DNA of 61,446 nucleotides, filler included, from Choristocarpus tenellus KU-1152 (lineage: Eukaryota > Protista > Phaeophyceae): assembly GCA_964200185.2 (NCBI GenBank). It is 10 parts of 10 records of this genome, joined end to end, with 100 filler letters (N's around TTAATTAATTAA, not from the genome) between each part and the next. Parts side by side here need not be neighbours in the genome. Positions count along the whole stretch, not along the records: positions 33,724 to 52,625 come from CAXNAD020000509.1; positions 52,726 to 55,460 come from CAXNAD020025201.1; positions 55,561 to 61,446 come from CAXNAD020009507.1; 7 more parts are not named here. One strand, written 5' to 3'. Below the pieces are notes generated by a model. That model was given only the letters and a program-made list of their open reading frames with translations, was not told the DNA's origin and ran no database searches. A program made the position numbers and the translations under genes. Below, in pieces: positions 51,224 to 61,446 of the stretch. The number at the start of each line of letters is the position of its first letter. Within the stretch, counting starts at the first letter, position 1.

Positions 51224-52625
51224 GGAGAGTAAAAGGGTGCACTGGCTTCGATCATCACTTTCATTGTAAACCTTCAAAACTCCAACTATTTTTTTACGGT
51301 GTGGATAGCGCACAACCAAAAGATTTTCTTCTCCCACAAGAGACCAATAATCTCAGATAGTTGCAACTTGATCCAAGCAGGGGAACGCAATGTTATATCT
51401 ATTATTCATCCCTGCACAAACCCAGTGACACTATTAGGAGACTGAGGAATAGGTCACAATCTCCTCATCCATTTTACCTATGCTAAAGAGAAATACCACC
51501 AGACTTACAGGATGTTTGGTATCTTCAATTGAGTCATGACTTAGTCCACGATTGAAGCACTGCTTACCAAGCATGGCAGGCGATAATCTGCAGGGTATAC
51601 GGTGAGACGGGGTTTCACCAGAGGCGTCGCGTGCGCCGAGCCAGCTCACGTCGACGGACGGCTTAATGTAGAAGACGATATATCAAGAGTGGATATCGAA
51701 GGCACGGAGGAGGAAGTTATGCGACGAAATAAATGGATTTTAAAAACGGGTTACACATGGACTGTAGAATGGGGCGATGCTCTCTCAACTGATAAACAGG
51801 ACATTGGGTAGCCTTGACACTGCTGCCTACGGCGGGAATATTTCAAGCCACCTTACGAATTATGGAAAATGCATCTATGTAACTTTCTATGATCTGCTGC
51901 TTTCACATGCTTCACTCTGAACCAACTTCAACAGTATGTGGAACGCACAAGGTAACTATTATCACCTTGCTCGATTCCAAAGTGTATTCTCTAGTTTGTT
52001 GGAAGTAATGATATCTACCAAAACTTGCAGTGCATAGGGCTTGGCTAAATCCCACGTTATTCACTAAGCCAAGTCCGATTCCAACACAAACCCACGCACA
52101 TATCAGGGACCCAACCATGCCTTGTTAGTTTGATGAGTGTAGTTTGTTTATTAAGCTGTGAAGCTGGCTCTAAAAACACGATGTATTTAATGAATGATAT
52201 TAAACGTTGTAAGGCAGTGTCCAAAAGTGAGTTCCGTGGGTAGGGGGTGTTCATAATCACGAGTTGTGTGAAAGGGGTTTTTCTTCAGTAAAAACGAAAG
52301 CGGTCACAACCATCATATTCTTTGGATGAAAGCCGAGTGGATATAAACCCGGATCCAATGGATGAAGTCAGATCATTGTGACCGTCAACGGCAAGTAGTC
52401 CCGGAATTCTTAGGACGATCTCTGTAATTTATGATGATGAGAACATTACCAATGACAGAGATATATGCCTGCAGTACCCTCATCTGTTCACATCGAAATG
52501 GATTTGACTCGCATCAGGTCCCAACAAAACCTGTAGGTCACATCACCCACCTCTCAAATGTGTCAAATGTGTCAAATAACAGGGGATCCTCAAAATTGGG
52601 GATGGCCCCGGACTATGGGGATGAT

Positions 52626-52725
52626 NNNNNNNNNNNNNNNNNNNNNNNNNNNNNNNNNNNNNNNNNNNNTTAATTAATTAANNNNNNNNNNNNNNNNNNN
52701 NNNNNNNNNNNNNNNNNNNNNNNNN
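52626..52725. other. Artificial contig linker
   Basis: Same 100-nt linker. Confidence 0.98.
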
Positions 52726-53355
52726 ATCAATGAACACAAACTCATAAGCAACACGGCTCCCAATCCCACCCTATAACCCCTTTCCTTCTCTTCCCCTGCC
52801 CCCCCCCCCCTTCCACAGAGGTTCCAAATGTCAAATTGTCAGCACCAACTGTTTGGTATGACTACCTCTGATGATGGTATGAACTGCTGAACAAATACCA
52901 CCAGTGGTATATGTGCACATCCATGATACACATTATAAAGTCATACCGATCTGCCAATCCCCCCCCAAAAATATCTGAAATTTCCAAGAACACAATTTTT
53001 GATCTTATTGGATATATTTGGTAAAAAAAAAAGGCAACACGTTTGCGGCCCTCACCTATCCCCACTGCCAAAGCATGGATGGGATCTCATCACACATAGA
53101 GAGGGTCTCTTCCCTCCCTGTCCCCAAGAGGTATTCGAGGGTATACCTTCAAGAGTCATCCCTCGCATCTGCAACAGTCTGTACGCCCCAACCTTAACAT
53201 GCCATTCAAGGACAACAAACTCCAGAAAAGTTGTCGTGTCCTCTTCTACTCTACTCTAAGAAACACTCTAAACCTTTTAGACATTTTATTCTTATTCTAT
53301 GTTTAATATAACTCCAATTTTTTTTAATATATATATATTTATATTTGTCACTCAC

Positions 53356-54523
53356 CCTGAACACAAACGACGATGAGAGGGATAGCAACACCACTGCCAG
53401 GAAGGTAGAAACACCTCCATGAACAACGGCTACACCAATATCTGCCAACGCCTGCAATGGCGAAACACGAAGTGTGAAAAAACGAAAAAAGTAAGAATTT
53501 CATAAAAATTAAAAAAGAATTTATCTCAAAGACGAAAAAACCCTTTACCAGTCGGTTACAGTGTATGTCAAAGAAGAGCATAGCATCAACCAAGAGTACC
53601 ACCGCAGTGGTCATGGAACAGAAAAATCAAGGCAATACATCAACCTTAAGCACCCTTCTCTTCTTATCCTTCCCCTGGCAAAGGCATATTTCCAATGGCG
53701 TCATGACACTAAAATAATGAAAAAAAAACTCTTGAAAAAAAAAAAGATACAGAGAGTGAGAGAGAGAGGTCCCCTTCAATACCAGACCATACATGCACAA
53801 TATCCCAACCCTAACCCTATCAACATGGACATAAGAGCAATAAGACTACAAAGTATTACAATAACGCCACCGTATCAATTACAGTCAGAACAATTCTATT
53901 GGAACTCAATCAGATATATAAATGCAGACCCTCAGAAGACTTGCAGAAAGTAACCAATAGCCCCATTCCAATGTACCCCAAACCCTTTGTCCACCAGGGA
54001 TCTGGGACCCCTTCAACAAAAACAAAAAAAGGAGAAAAAAAGGAACGGACGTTCAATACAACTCAGATAATAATAATAAATACAACTCAGACAATAATAA
54101 TAAAAAATTTAGTAACAGTAGCGTATCCGTCCGTCACTCGAACATCAACATTAAAAATAATAACAATAGTGTATCCTTTCCAGTCATATCTCTTATTCAC
54201 GCCTTCCTGTCTCTCCTCTTAGTATCGTTTTGACAGCCATGGACATTAATTAATTAGCACGCCTCGACCATCCAATATCATATTGACAGCTGTGGACACT
54301 AACACACACACACACACACACACCTCGTCCATCCAATATCATATTGACAGCTATGGACACTAACACACACACACACACACACACCTTGACCATCCGTTCA
54401 TCCTTGGTACCAGTCATGATGATGAAGCTGTGACCCACATGAGCAGAGTAGTCCACTGAAAGACCAACAGCCAAGACCAAGTTGATCACAGCCACGGTGT
54501 CGATATTCAGGTTCCAAAAGTAC
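53356..54523 (-). CDS. Patched/NPC1-family (RND-like) membrane protein, C-terminal transmembrane exons
   Basis: Exons 54523-54385 (YFWNLNIDTVAVINLVLAVGLSVDYSAHVGHSF..GTKDERMVK) and 53451-53356 (ALADIGVAVVHGGVSTFLAVVLLSLSSSFVFR). The GLSVDY.AH signature is present. Confidence 0.85.
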
Positions 54524-55460
54524 CTTCCATTAAAAAGAAATATATATATATACATACATACATACATACATACATGAATTTTATATAATTTAGCAGAGAT
54601 CGATCATCATTATCATCAGTTCGTAGGAAGTGGATGGAAAAAATAACACAAATTATTTTTCTTAAGTCACGTACTCTTTTATTAAAAAATCTTTAATACT
54701 ACATACTCTAAAAATGCTTCTCAGCATAAAACAAAAAATATTCCGTCATCACCAGGCTTCCAAAAACACTTCTAAATTAGAAATGGAAGAGAAGCATTAG
54801 GGAACCACAAGAGTATCCTCAAATTAGCTCAAGCTCTAAATACATTTTTGTCTAAAAAATTTCTGGCTCTATTCTTCTTCTTTTTTCCCAAAAAATCTAG
54901 AACTACATTGAATCATCAATAGTCAATGATGTAGTAAATACACTGTCACTTTTCAATACAATTCCACCTAATTGCCCCAAAAAAGTCCCTTCAAACAACA
55001 GTAGTAGATAACAGTCACGCAAAACAAAACAAAAAATCTCTGCCCCCCCCACCTCCCAGAAAAAAAAGTAATTTTGGGGTATGTATTTGTACAAGCAAAG
55101 GGTTTCTACACCACACAGAATTCTTAAGTTATACTTCCTCACTCATCCGCACACACATTCCTAAACTTCACAAATATATCGTATTCCACACAATTTAACA
55201 GTCCATCAGAACCAATATATTTACGTATATATATTCTAAAACCTGAGTTAGGTTACATCATAATTATATTTATTATTATGGGTTGTGGGTCAGAGGAAAG
55301 ACCCGATAAAAAAAGACAAAAAATAAAAATATCAAAACGATATAATATTATCGGAATGAGAGCTAACCCTAGCCCTAACCCTCCATTAATAATATGGTTC
55401 TAAAGGTCCCTTCCCCCCCACCTCCCAGAAAAAAAAGTAATTTTGGGGTATGTATTTGTA

Positions 55461-55560
55461 NNNNNNNNNNNNNNNNNNNNNNNNNNNNNNNNNNNNNNNN
55501 NNNNTTAATTAATTAANNNNNNNNNNNNNNNNNNNNNNNNNNNNNNNNNNNNNNNNNNNN
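55461..55560. other. Artificial contig linker
   Basis: Same 100-nt linker. Confidence 0.98.
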
Positions 55561-55572
55561 GTCTCACAGACG

Positions 55573-56458
55573 GTGGAGCTCTCACACCCCAGGGAGGAGA
55601 GTGCAGTGCTGATGTCTCCAGACGCCTCTGACAAGCATTGGGGGGGTTTTGTTACACAGATCCCTCTGTTGGAGCTGAATGGAGGCGTTGCAGTGGAAAA
55701 TATGAGCCATGAGCCGCTGGGATTCCTGAGTAGTTATTTCAAGGGATCACAGCTACACTGGGGCATGGTGAATAAGGTGGGTGGTGCGAGCCGTAGCCGT
55801 GTCTACGGAGTTGCAGGGAGAAGAGGACACCCTGCCATTGAGAGAGGTGGTGCATGAGGCACAACTAGCGACCAGCAAGGCCCTAGGGGGTGTGACGGTG
55901 CATTAAAGCGCAGGATTTATGACCCCTGCTGGCTGTGTACATCATGACCAGGATGGTATGATGCAGGTGGGTGCTGAGGTTACAGCCCCACTGTGGATAC
56001 CTGATAAGGCAAAGGATCTGTGGACACACCTTATGGTGTGTGCACACATGGACGAAGCTAGGCATCATTGCAGAGCAGCAATGGTGCAGTGGCTTAAGAT
56101 GTTGTGGTTCTATGCAGACAAGAAGCTGAACGTGATCACAGAGATGAAGCCAATATTCCAGTACATGCAGAACCAGGGGGATTTTGAAATGTCTGATATT
56201 CTGGCAGTGCGCAGGGTAGGAGGATATGAATACCAGGTTTTGAAGGATTGGTTGGGGTTAAGTGAGGACGAGAGGACATGGGAGCCACTCTCTTCCATTT
56301 TAGAGGATGTCCCTGTCTTTCTATGTATAGAGTTGAAGAAACTGAAGTTGCATTGCTCAAGTGCGCAATTACGATTAGGCGGCAGTACAAGATTGACATT
56401 TGAGTTGGATATTGTATGCCGTTCTTTGTCGAGCTGGCAGTTTTGCTACTGTGGATAG
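55573..56458 (+). mobile_element. Internally deleted Ty3/Gypsy chromovirus-like remnant (RNase H, integrase Zn-finger start, chromodomain)
   Basis: RNase H: PDASDKHWGGFVTQIP..HEPLGFLS..FKGSQLHW. H2C2 start: LWIPDKAKDL..LMVCAH. Chromodomain: YQVLKDWLGLSEDERTWEPL. A G-rich tract followed by TGTAG near 56472-56485 may be a PPT and 3' LTR start. Confidence 0.8.
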
Positions 56459-57562
56459 CATGCTTGGCTCTGGGGGTGTTGTAGACACAGCATGAAGGGT
56501 TTTCCTAACATAGCTGAGCCGTTTGTATAATTTTATGTTTGGAGCATATGTGATCCTTGACTGGATCTATGCTCACTCCTTCAACATATAACAGAGCTGT
56601 GAGCCCCAACGTGGGGTGGAGTCCTTAGATGCCATCATAGATCAGTTCCTGTGATTGAACAGTCTTTAAACCACATCATTTTTATATCTTTTTGAGGTTG
56701 TGACCATCAAAATTGCGTCTGAGTTATTCCCCCCCGTTTTTCCCATTCTTTGATAGTGATATAGTTCCCGTTCACTGGAGTTAATACATTCCTGGATAAA
56801 ATCTTCAACCCCTCTTGGCATAATAAGCGCTCATTTGATACTTATACTGTTGCATAACTTGTGAAAAAAAAAATGCCACAGACCGCGAAAGTATTGGTAC
56901 CACTTTATTATATATATTTATTGTAATTATATTCTTTTGCCAACTGAACTGTAGAAAATAGAAAAACAGGACCAATGAGATGGAAATACTTTATTCAAAT
57001 ACAATAATAATATTAGTTCTATCCACTTTTTTCTTATGATTTGGATCTGCTCATGTTGTCTTGCTTTATTTTTATTTCTGTTTGTAGTCAAATATATTTC
57101 TTCAAATACGTACTTAATATACGTCTTTCTTTGTCATTTGTGGCTTCTCCTCTAAGACAACATTGATATTGTAATATTGGTATTCATCTTAATACTTTGT
57201 ATTTGTTCAATGCATCTTCACTCCAAATGTTTACGGCTCATTTACTCTTATTCTTCGATTCTGGTCCATAAAATATTTACTGAAGTATATCCTAAGGATC
57301 AGTGAGCAAGGGTGATCAGTTGGCGATAATATCAAAAATATTTATTTTCGCCTAGATCATAGAAACATTATCGAAACGCCAAAGTTCCAACCACGACACC
57401 CTGGTCCCATCATATATTATTGACTCATTATCACATTGGCCTCCCTCACCCTGTCGCTTGAGGTTGACCTTGGTCTGAATAGTAAACCTTACTTGCAATT
57501 ATCCACTTTGGACAGAGTACCGTGGGGCATACCTCTACCACACTTCTTGGCCCACCAAAATC

Positions 57563-60111
57563 ATGCCTACTCTGCGTAACTTTGCGCTTGGCTGTCTGAT
57601 TGTCGCAGGGATTGGATCAGCTATATCAGTGGAAACCGTTGCCAGCCCTGCTGAGCTATGCAATCCGGCAGAAAAAGTAGCAGTTCGGTACGCCGCAAGT
57701 ACTGAAAGGGTTTACCTAGAGAGTCCCAGCGGTGATCCGGGATGTGTGACACTTACAGATATTTGGTTCTCACGTGCTGGAAAAGGACCTCTGTATGCCG
57801 TCAACCCCATTACAGGAGCGCGTTCAGAGAATGCCACCGGAACGTGGCTACTAACAGAGTCATTGTATGTCGTAGATGGAAACGTCTTGATCGTAAGTTT
57901 TTGATACGTATTCTTTCCTCGGTTGTTGACTGATATTGCTGTTCGTGACCTTTACCTACACCACTTTTCGTCCATAGTGAAACGGTGTTCCGCTCCCTCA
58001 CAACCACAATTTGGTGCCTTGTAAATGCAGATGCCGAGGGAATATAATTATGGCTTGTTTGAGCAGCTGTAATTAGGGTCGTACTTTAAATTCCGATCGA
58101 AAATGGGTGCCCTCGATCATCTACTTCTTATAGTACTAAGTAGATAGGTAGATATCTCCGCCTTCAGCAGTTCTGACCATGCCGCTTCCATGCTGCATCA
58201 ACCGTAGGTCCATGGTGGTGACGGGGGTGACTGCGATGAGCTTCGTCTACTGAGCAATAAGACGTCGCTCATCAACCTGCGGGCGCATGGAGGCAGTCTC
58301 TCCTTTGTCGACACCAAAGTTTTCTCATGGGATGAGCAGAAGAACACCTACGATACCAACACCACTGACGGCCGATCATACATTAGTGCTTTGAGTGAGG
58401 TCATCTACGACCCTACTCTCAACTGCAGTGGGATGGCTTTGAATGAGATGGGTGAAGCGCGAATGGATATCGTCCGATCTGAGATCGGTTACCTTGGATA
58501 CTACGACTCTGAGTCCTATGGATTGACTTGGAAGGTGTGGAGTAGTTCGATACAAATAGTTTTGTATTTGCTGTGGTGTCATACAAGTATTCCACTGGTT
58601 AGGGCCTAGTACCTCAGAAAAGGAGCGATGCGCTACGATGTCTTGTACCACGATGTATCGATCATTTCCTCCTTGGTCCTACATGCCCATTCGAAAATCA
58701 CAGGTACGTGGCTTCTGTGTGGAAAAGACAAATAAGGAGGTTTTTGATTACGTCAACGTTTACGGAGATGTTATCGAGTCTGACATCCACCACAACTGTG
58801 AGAACAGAAGCTATCTACTTTTGACGTATCTTCTTGATGGGGGCCCTTGTTCCCTTTCTTGGGTACAATATTTTTGTCCTGGCAATCTACGGTTTAGCGG
58901 TCGCTAGTGTCGTAGATTTTACGTGAAAAAAAATTGGTTATGTCCTCTGGAATGTGGTAGGCACAGCAAAACCTCTAGTATTGTACAAAAGCATAATTCA
59001 AATGTTTGCAACTGTACTGGAGAGATTAATTCTTTCTCTGAAACTGAAATTGCCCTGCAATCATTATTGGTGTGTTGGAGACTTACTTCTTCATTGTTGA
59101 TCCATTGTGCGGGAACTACTACTTTCCATATATCATGCAGACTTCGGCATGTACACATACGGCCACCAACAAGGAAACTGGAGCAATAATCTGATGCATG
59201 ACAATGAAGAATATGGGTTTGACCCCCACGACGACAGTGACTACCTGACCATCCACGATAATAAGGTGTGGAGCAATGGAAATCACGGCATCATTGCCTC
59301 AAAGCGGTGCAACAATGTCAGCATCCAGAACAATGAGGTGTGGGATAGCATCAATGCTGGCCTCTTCCTCCACCGCAGCAGTGATGGAGCCATTGTGAAG
59401 GGTAAGGTTTTTCCCTACGTTTCATGAGAAATGTGAAAAATTGTAACTTTGAGGGATATGTGCTTGAGCCAGGAAGATAGTACAACATCACACAAGTCTT
59501 GACGTAGGAAAAAAGGTTGAGACAAAACTTTGAATGAAGTGAATTTCTGTAGGGGTCAACAGTTATTACCCTACCTGTGGAAGGATAAACTAGCACGATA
59601 TATCCCATGTTCTATTGTTGCCGAATTATTTCTTGCAGGTAACTATGTACATGACAATGGGGATGCTGGAATGGCCATGCTTGAGTCGTTTGACAATCTT
59701 ATCACTGAGAATGTCTTCGAGAACAACAGATACGGCATTCGTCTTAGTGTGGGATGCGGTCGTAACACCATCACCAACAACATTTTCACAAATTCGAGTA
59801 AGTACCAGCTCTACACCTACCAGGGGTCTGATCTCCCTGATGTGCTGGGCACCACTGGTCGGCCACTGTACAATATATTCAGTGACAACACTATCACCAA
59901 GACAGGGGAGGACTGTGTTAAGATCAAAGAAGCAGACTATACAGTCATCAAGAACAATCTCTTCGAGGATGTGTTGGAGCTAACATTCACCAACTCCACA
60001 GAGACCAGCTGGCACGGCAACACCCTGGATGCTGAGCCTGAATTTGAAATGAATGGGTATGCATGTATGGCATCAGACTCTGATCCTTCTTTGGCAGAAT
60101 ACTACTGCTAA
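57563..60111 (+). CDS. ManC5-E: Mannuronan C-5-epimerase (alginate epimerase, AlgG-like beta-helix), complete, ~494 aa, secreted
   Basis: Exons 57563-57892, 58208-58534, 58704-58797, 59141-59401, 59639-60111. All introns are GT-AG and phase-consistent (1485 nt total). The N-terminus is hydrophobic and signal-peptide-like. Motifs: DCDELRLLS..INLRAHGGSL, GEARMDI..SEIGYLGY..SESYGLTWKVRGFC, HHNYFGMYTYGHQ, catalytic YGFDPHDDSD, GNHGIIASKRC. Confidence 0.95.
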
Positions 60112-60346
60112 GGTCACTCTGGTATTGATTATATGGATAACTGACAGATGACTGTGTGTCACGGACAGTATGGCCGCATCATGTGCGCTTGCTTGTTGAT
60201 TTTTACAGAGAATTGAAGTTCTTGAGATTATGTCTGTCTTATGCCATTCTAGCTTGTTTATTCTGACCGTGATTGACATGTTCATCTATGCCCCTCTTTA
60301 ATTATCTGGTTCGAAGAATTTCCGATTCTGTGTGAGGAGTGGTGCT

Positions 60347-60602
60347 GAGCCAAAGTATCTTAGAGGGTAGAGCCACGTCCATATGGGGGGGTAAAATCCA
60401 ATGTTGCGATTTTGAGGTAATTTTGGTTGTTTGTTAGGAAGTGTCAATTTTCTTGTTCCAGATACACCTTTTCATAACGTACACATTTTACCTACTCCTA
60501 AACATTTCGGAGTAGGAAAATGTCATGAAAAAAAACATGGGAAGCCAAGCTCCAAATGGACAAAAAGGTCAAAACTCGTTACCCTCTAAGATACTCTCAC
60601 TT
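60347..60602 (+). mobile_element. MITE family A, copy 5, just 3' of the epimerase gene
   Basis: Perfect 16-bp inverted core AGTATCTTAGAGGGTA / TACCCTCTAAGATACT. Flanks are tgct and tgcg. Confidence 0.9.
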
Positions 60603-61446
60603 TGCGGCCCTAACCTCTTCAATGGCTTGACTCTGGAGTTATCACTATTTGGGGTAGGGAGTGTGTGAGGAGTTAGTTTTTTATATATGGCTTGGAGTAT
60701 TATTTCTTGTTTTGTGAGGGCTACAGAGCTCTGTCTGACTTCTTCTGGAACGCTCCCAGGGGTGATGGTAAGTTATTTTTCACTGCAGTGTTGTATTTCG
60801 TTCAACAAATAATCAATTTTAATCATTGTTCATTGGAATGTCGATATACACAGGATTTATAGGATATATTTTGGTGGGTCAAATCGTTTTGGTTGGGAGA
60901 GAAGAATATCATATGTATGAAAAAAAATCTTGGTGGAGTACTCTAAATGTTGCTGGACCGTCTTTTGATGTTCATTATAAGAATAGAGGCTCAGATTCGT
61001 TAGCTTCGACCTTGTCATTCTTACAATATTCCACCATGATTTCCACCTCATAATCCTCCTGCAAAATCTCCTCATCTACTCTCCCTTCGACCACATCAAT
61101 TGCTCTTGCTAACTCGTCTGCATCTTGTAGTCCATCTGGAACATTAATCAGATTGAATATGTCTCCCTCCAATATATTGTCCTCTGCCTTGATGTATTGT
61201 GTCATCTCCCTCTGGGCATAGCCAACCAGCTTGCCAGTCTGCTGGTTTCCATCCCACCCTCAATTCGATCCCAGTTAGCATCACCATACCACCCCAACCT
61301 TATCTGATCTCTCACTTGAATAATCATTCTCTCCTTTGCAATTTCCTAATGAAAGATCACCTAGTATTAGCCAGGAACGGGTCAAAGTATCTGGGGGGGG
61401 GGTGTCGGCGTCCGTTTTTCACCCTTTCTTCGATATTTTCTTTTTT

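Noticed and set aside
55043-55460. 47-bp direct repeat (55043-55090 and 55412-55460)
   Set aside because: The second copy ends exactly at the contig end, so a collapsed repeat or assembly artefact cannot be excluded.
5051-55560. Nine regularly recurring TTAATTAATTAA palindromes
   Set aside because: Each is embedded in N runs in an identical 100-nt format. They are artificial six-frame-stop linkers, not biology.
1-61446. A functional gene cluster (epimerase, channel, peptidase, Patched, primase)
   Set aside because: The genes lie on different concatenated contigs. Only CSC1 and PIMT share a contig (convergent), with no evident functional link.

Overview
The window is eukaryotic DNA, almost certainly from a brown alga (Phaeophyceae) or a close relative: it has a spliced mannuronan C-5-epimerase gene, long GT-AG introns, TTAGGG islands and poly-G/C runs. 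It is not one locus. Ten unrelated contigs are joined by artificial N44-TTAATTAATTAA-N44 linkers, so adjacency across a linker means nothing. I reconstructed two complete spliced genes by hand: mannuronan C-5-epimerase (5 exons, +) and protein-L-isoaspartate O-methyltransferase (7 exons, -). Partial genes are a CSC1/OSCA/TMEM63 channel, an NT5DC-type HAD 5'-nucleotidase, a divergent primase large subunit, a reprolysin-like metallopeptidase, a Patched-family protein, a two-WW-domain protein and an ARM-repeat terminal exon. The rest is repetitive: a ~255-bp MITE (5 copies, GAG/CTC-like ends, apparent 4-bp TSD), a poly-G element sharing its terminus, decayed Copia elements, an internally deleted chromodomain Gypsy, a ~1-kb dispersed repeat carrying a tRNA-like segment, and minisatellites. 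I found no convincing new multi-gene system. The best leads are the shared-terminus transposon group, micro-duplications sitting exactly on splice signals, an 18-nt micro-exon, and the divergent primase subunit. All protein family calls come from motif recognition, not database searches.
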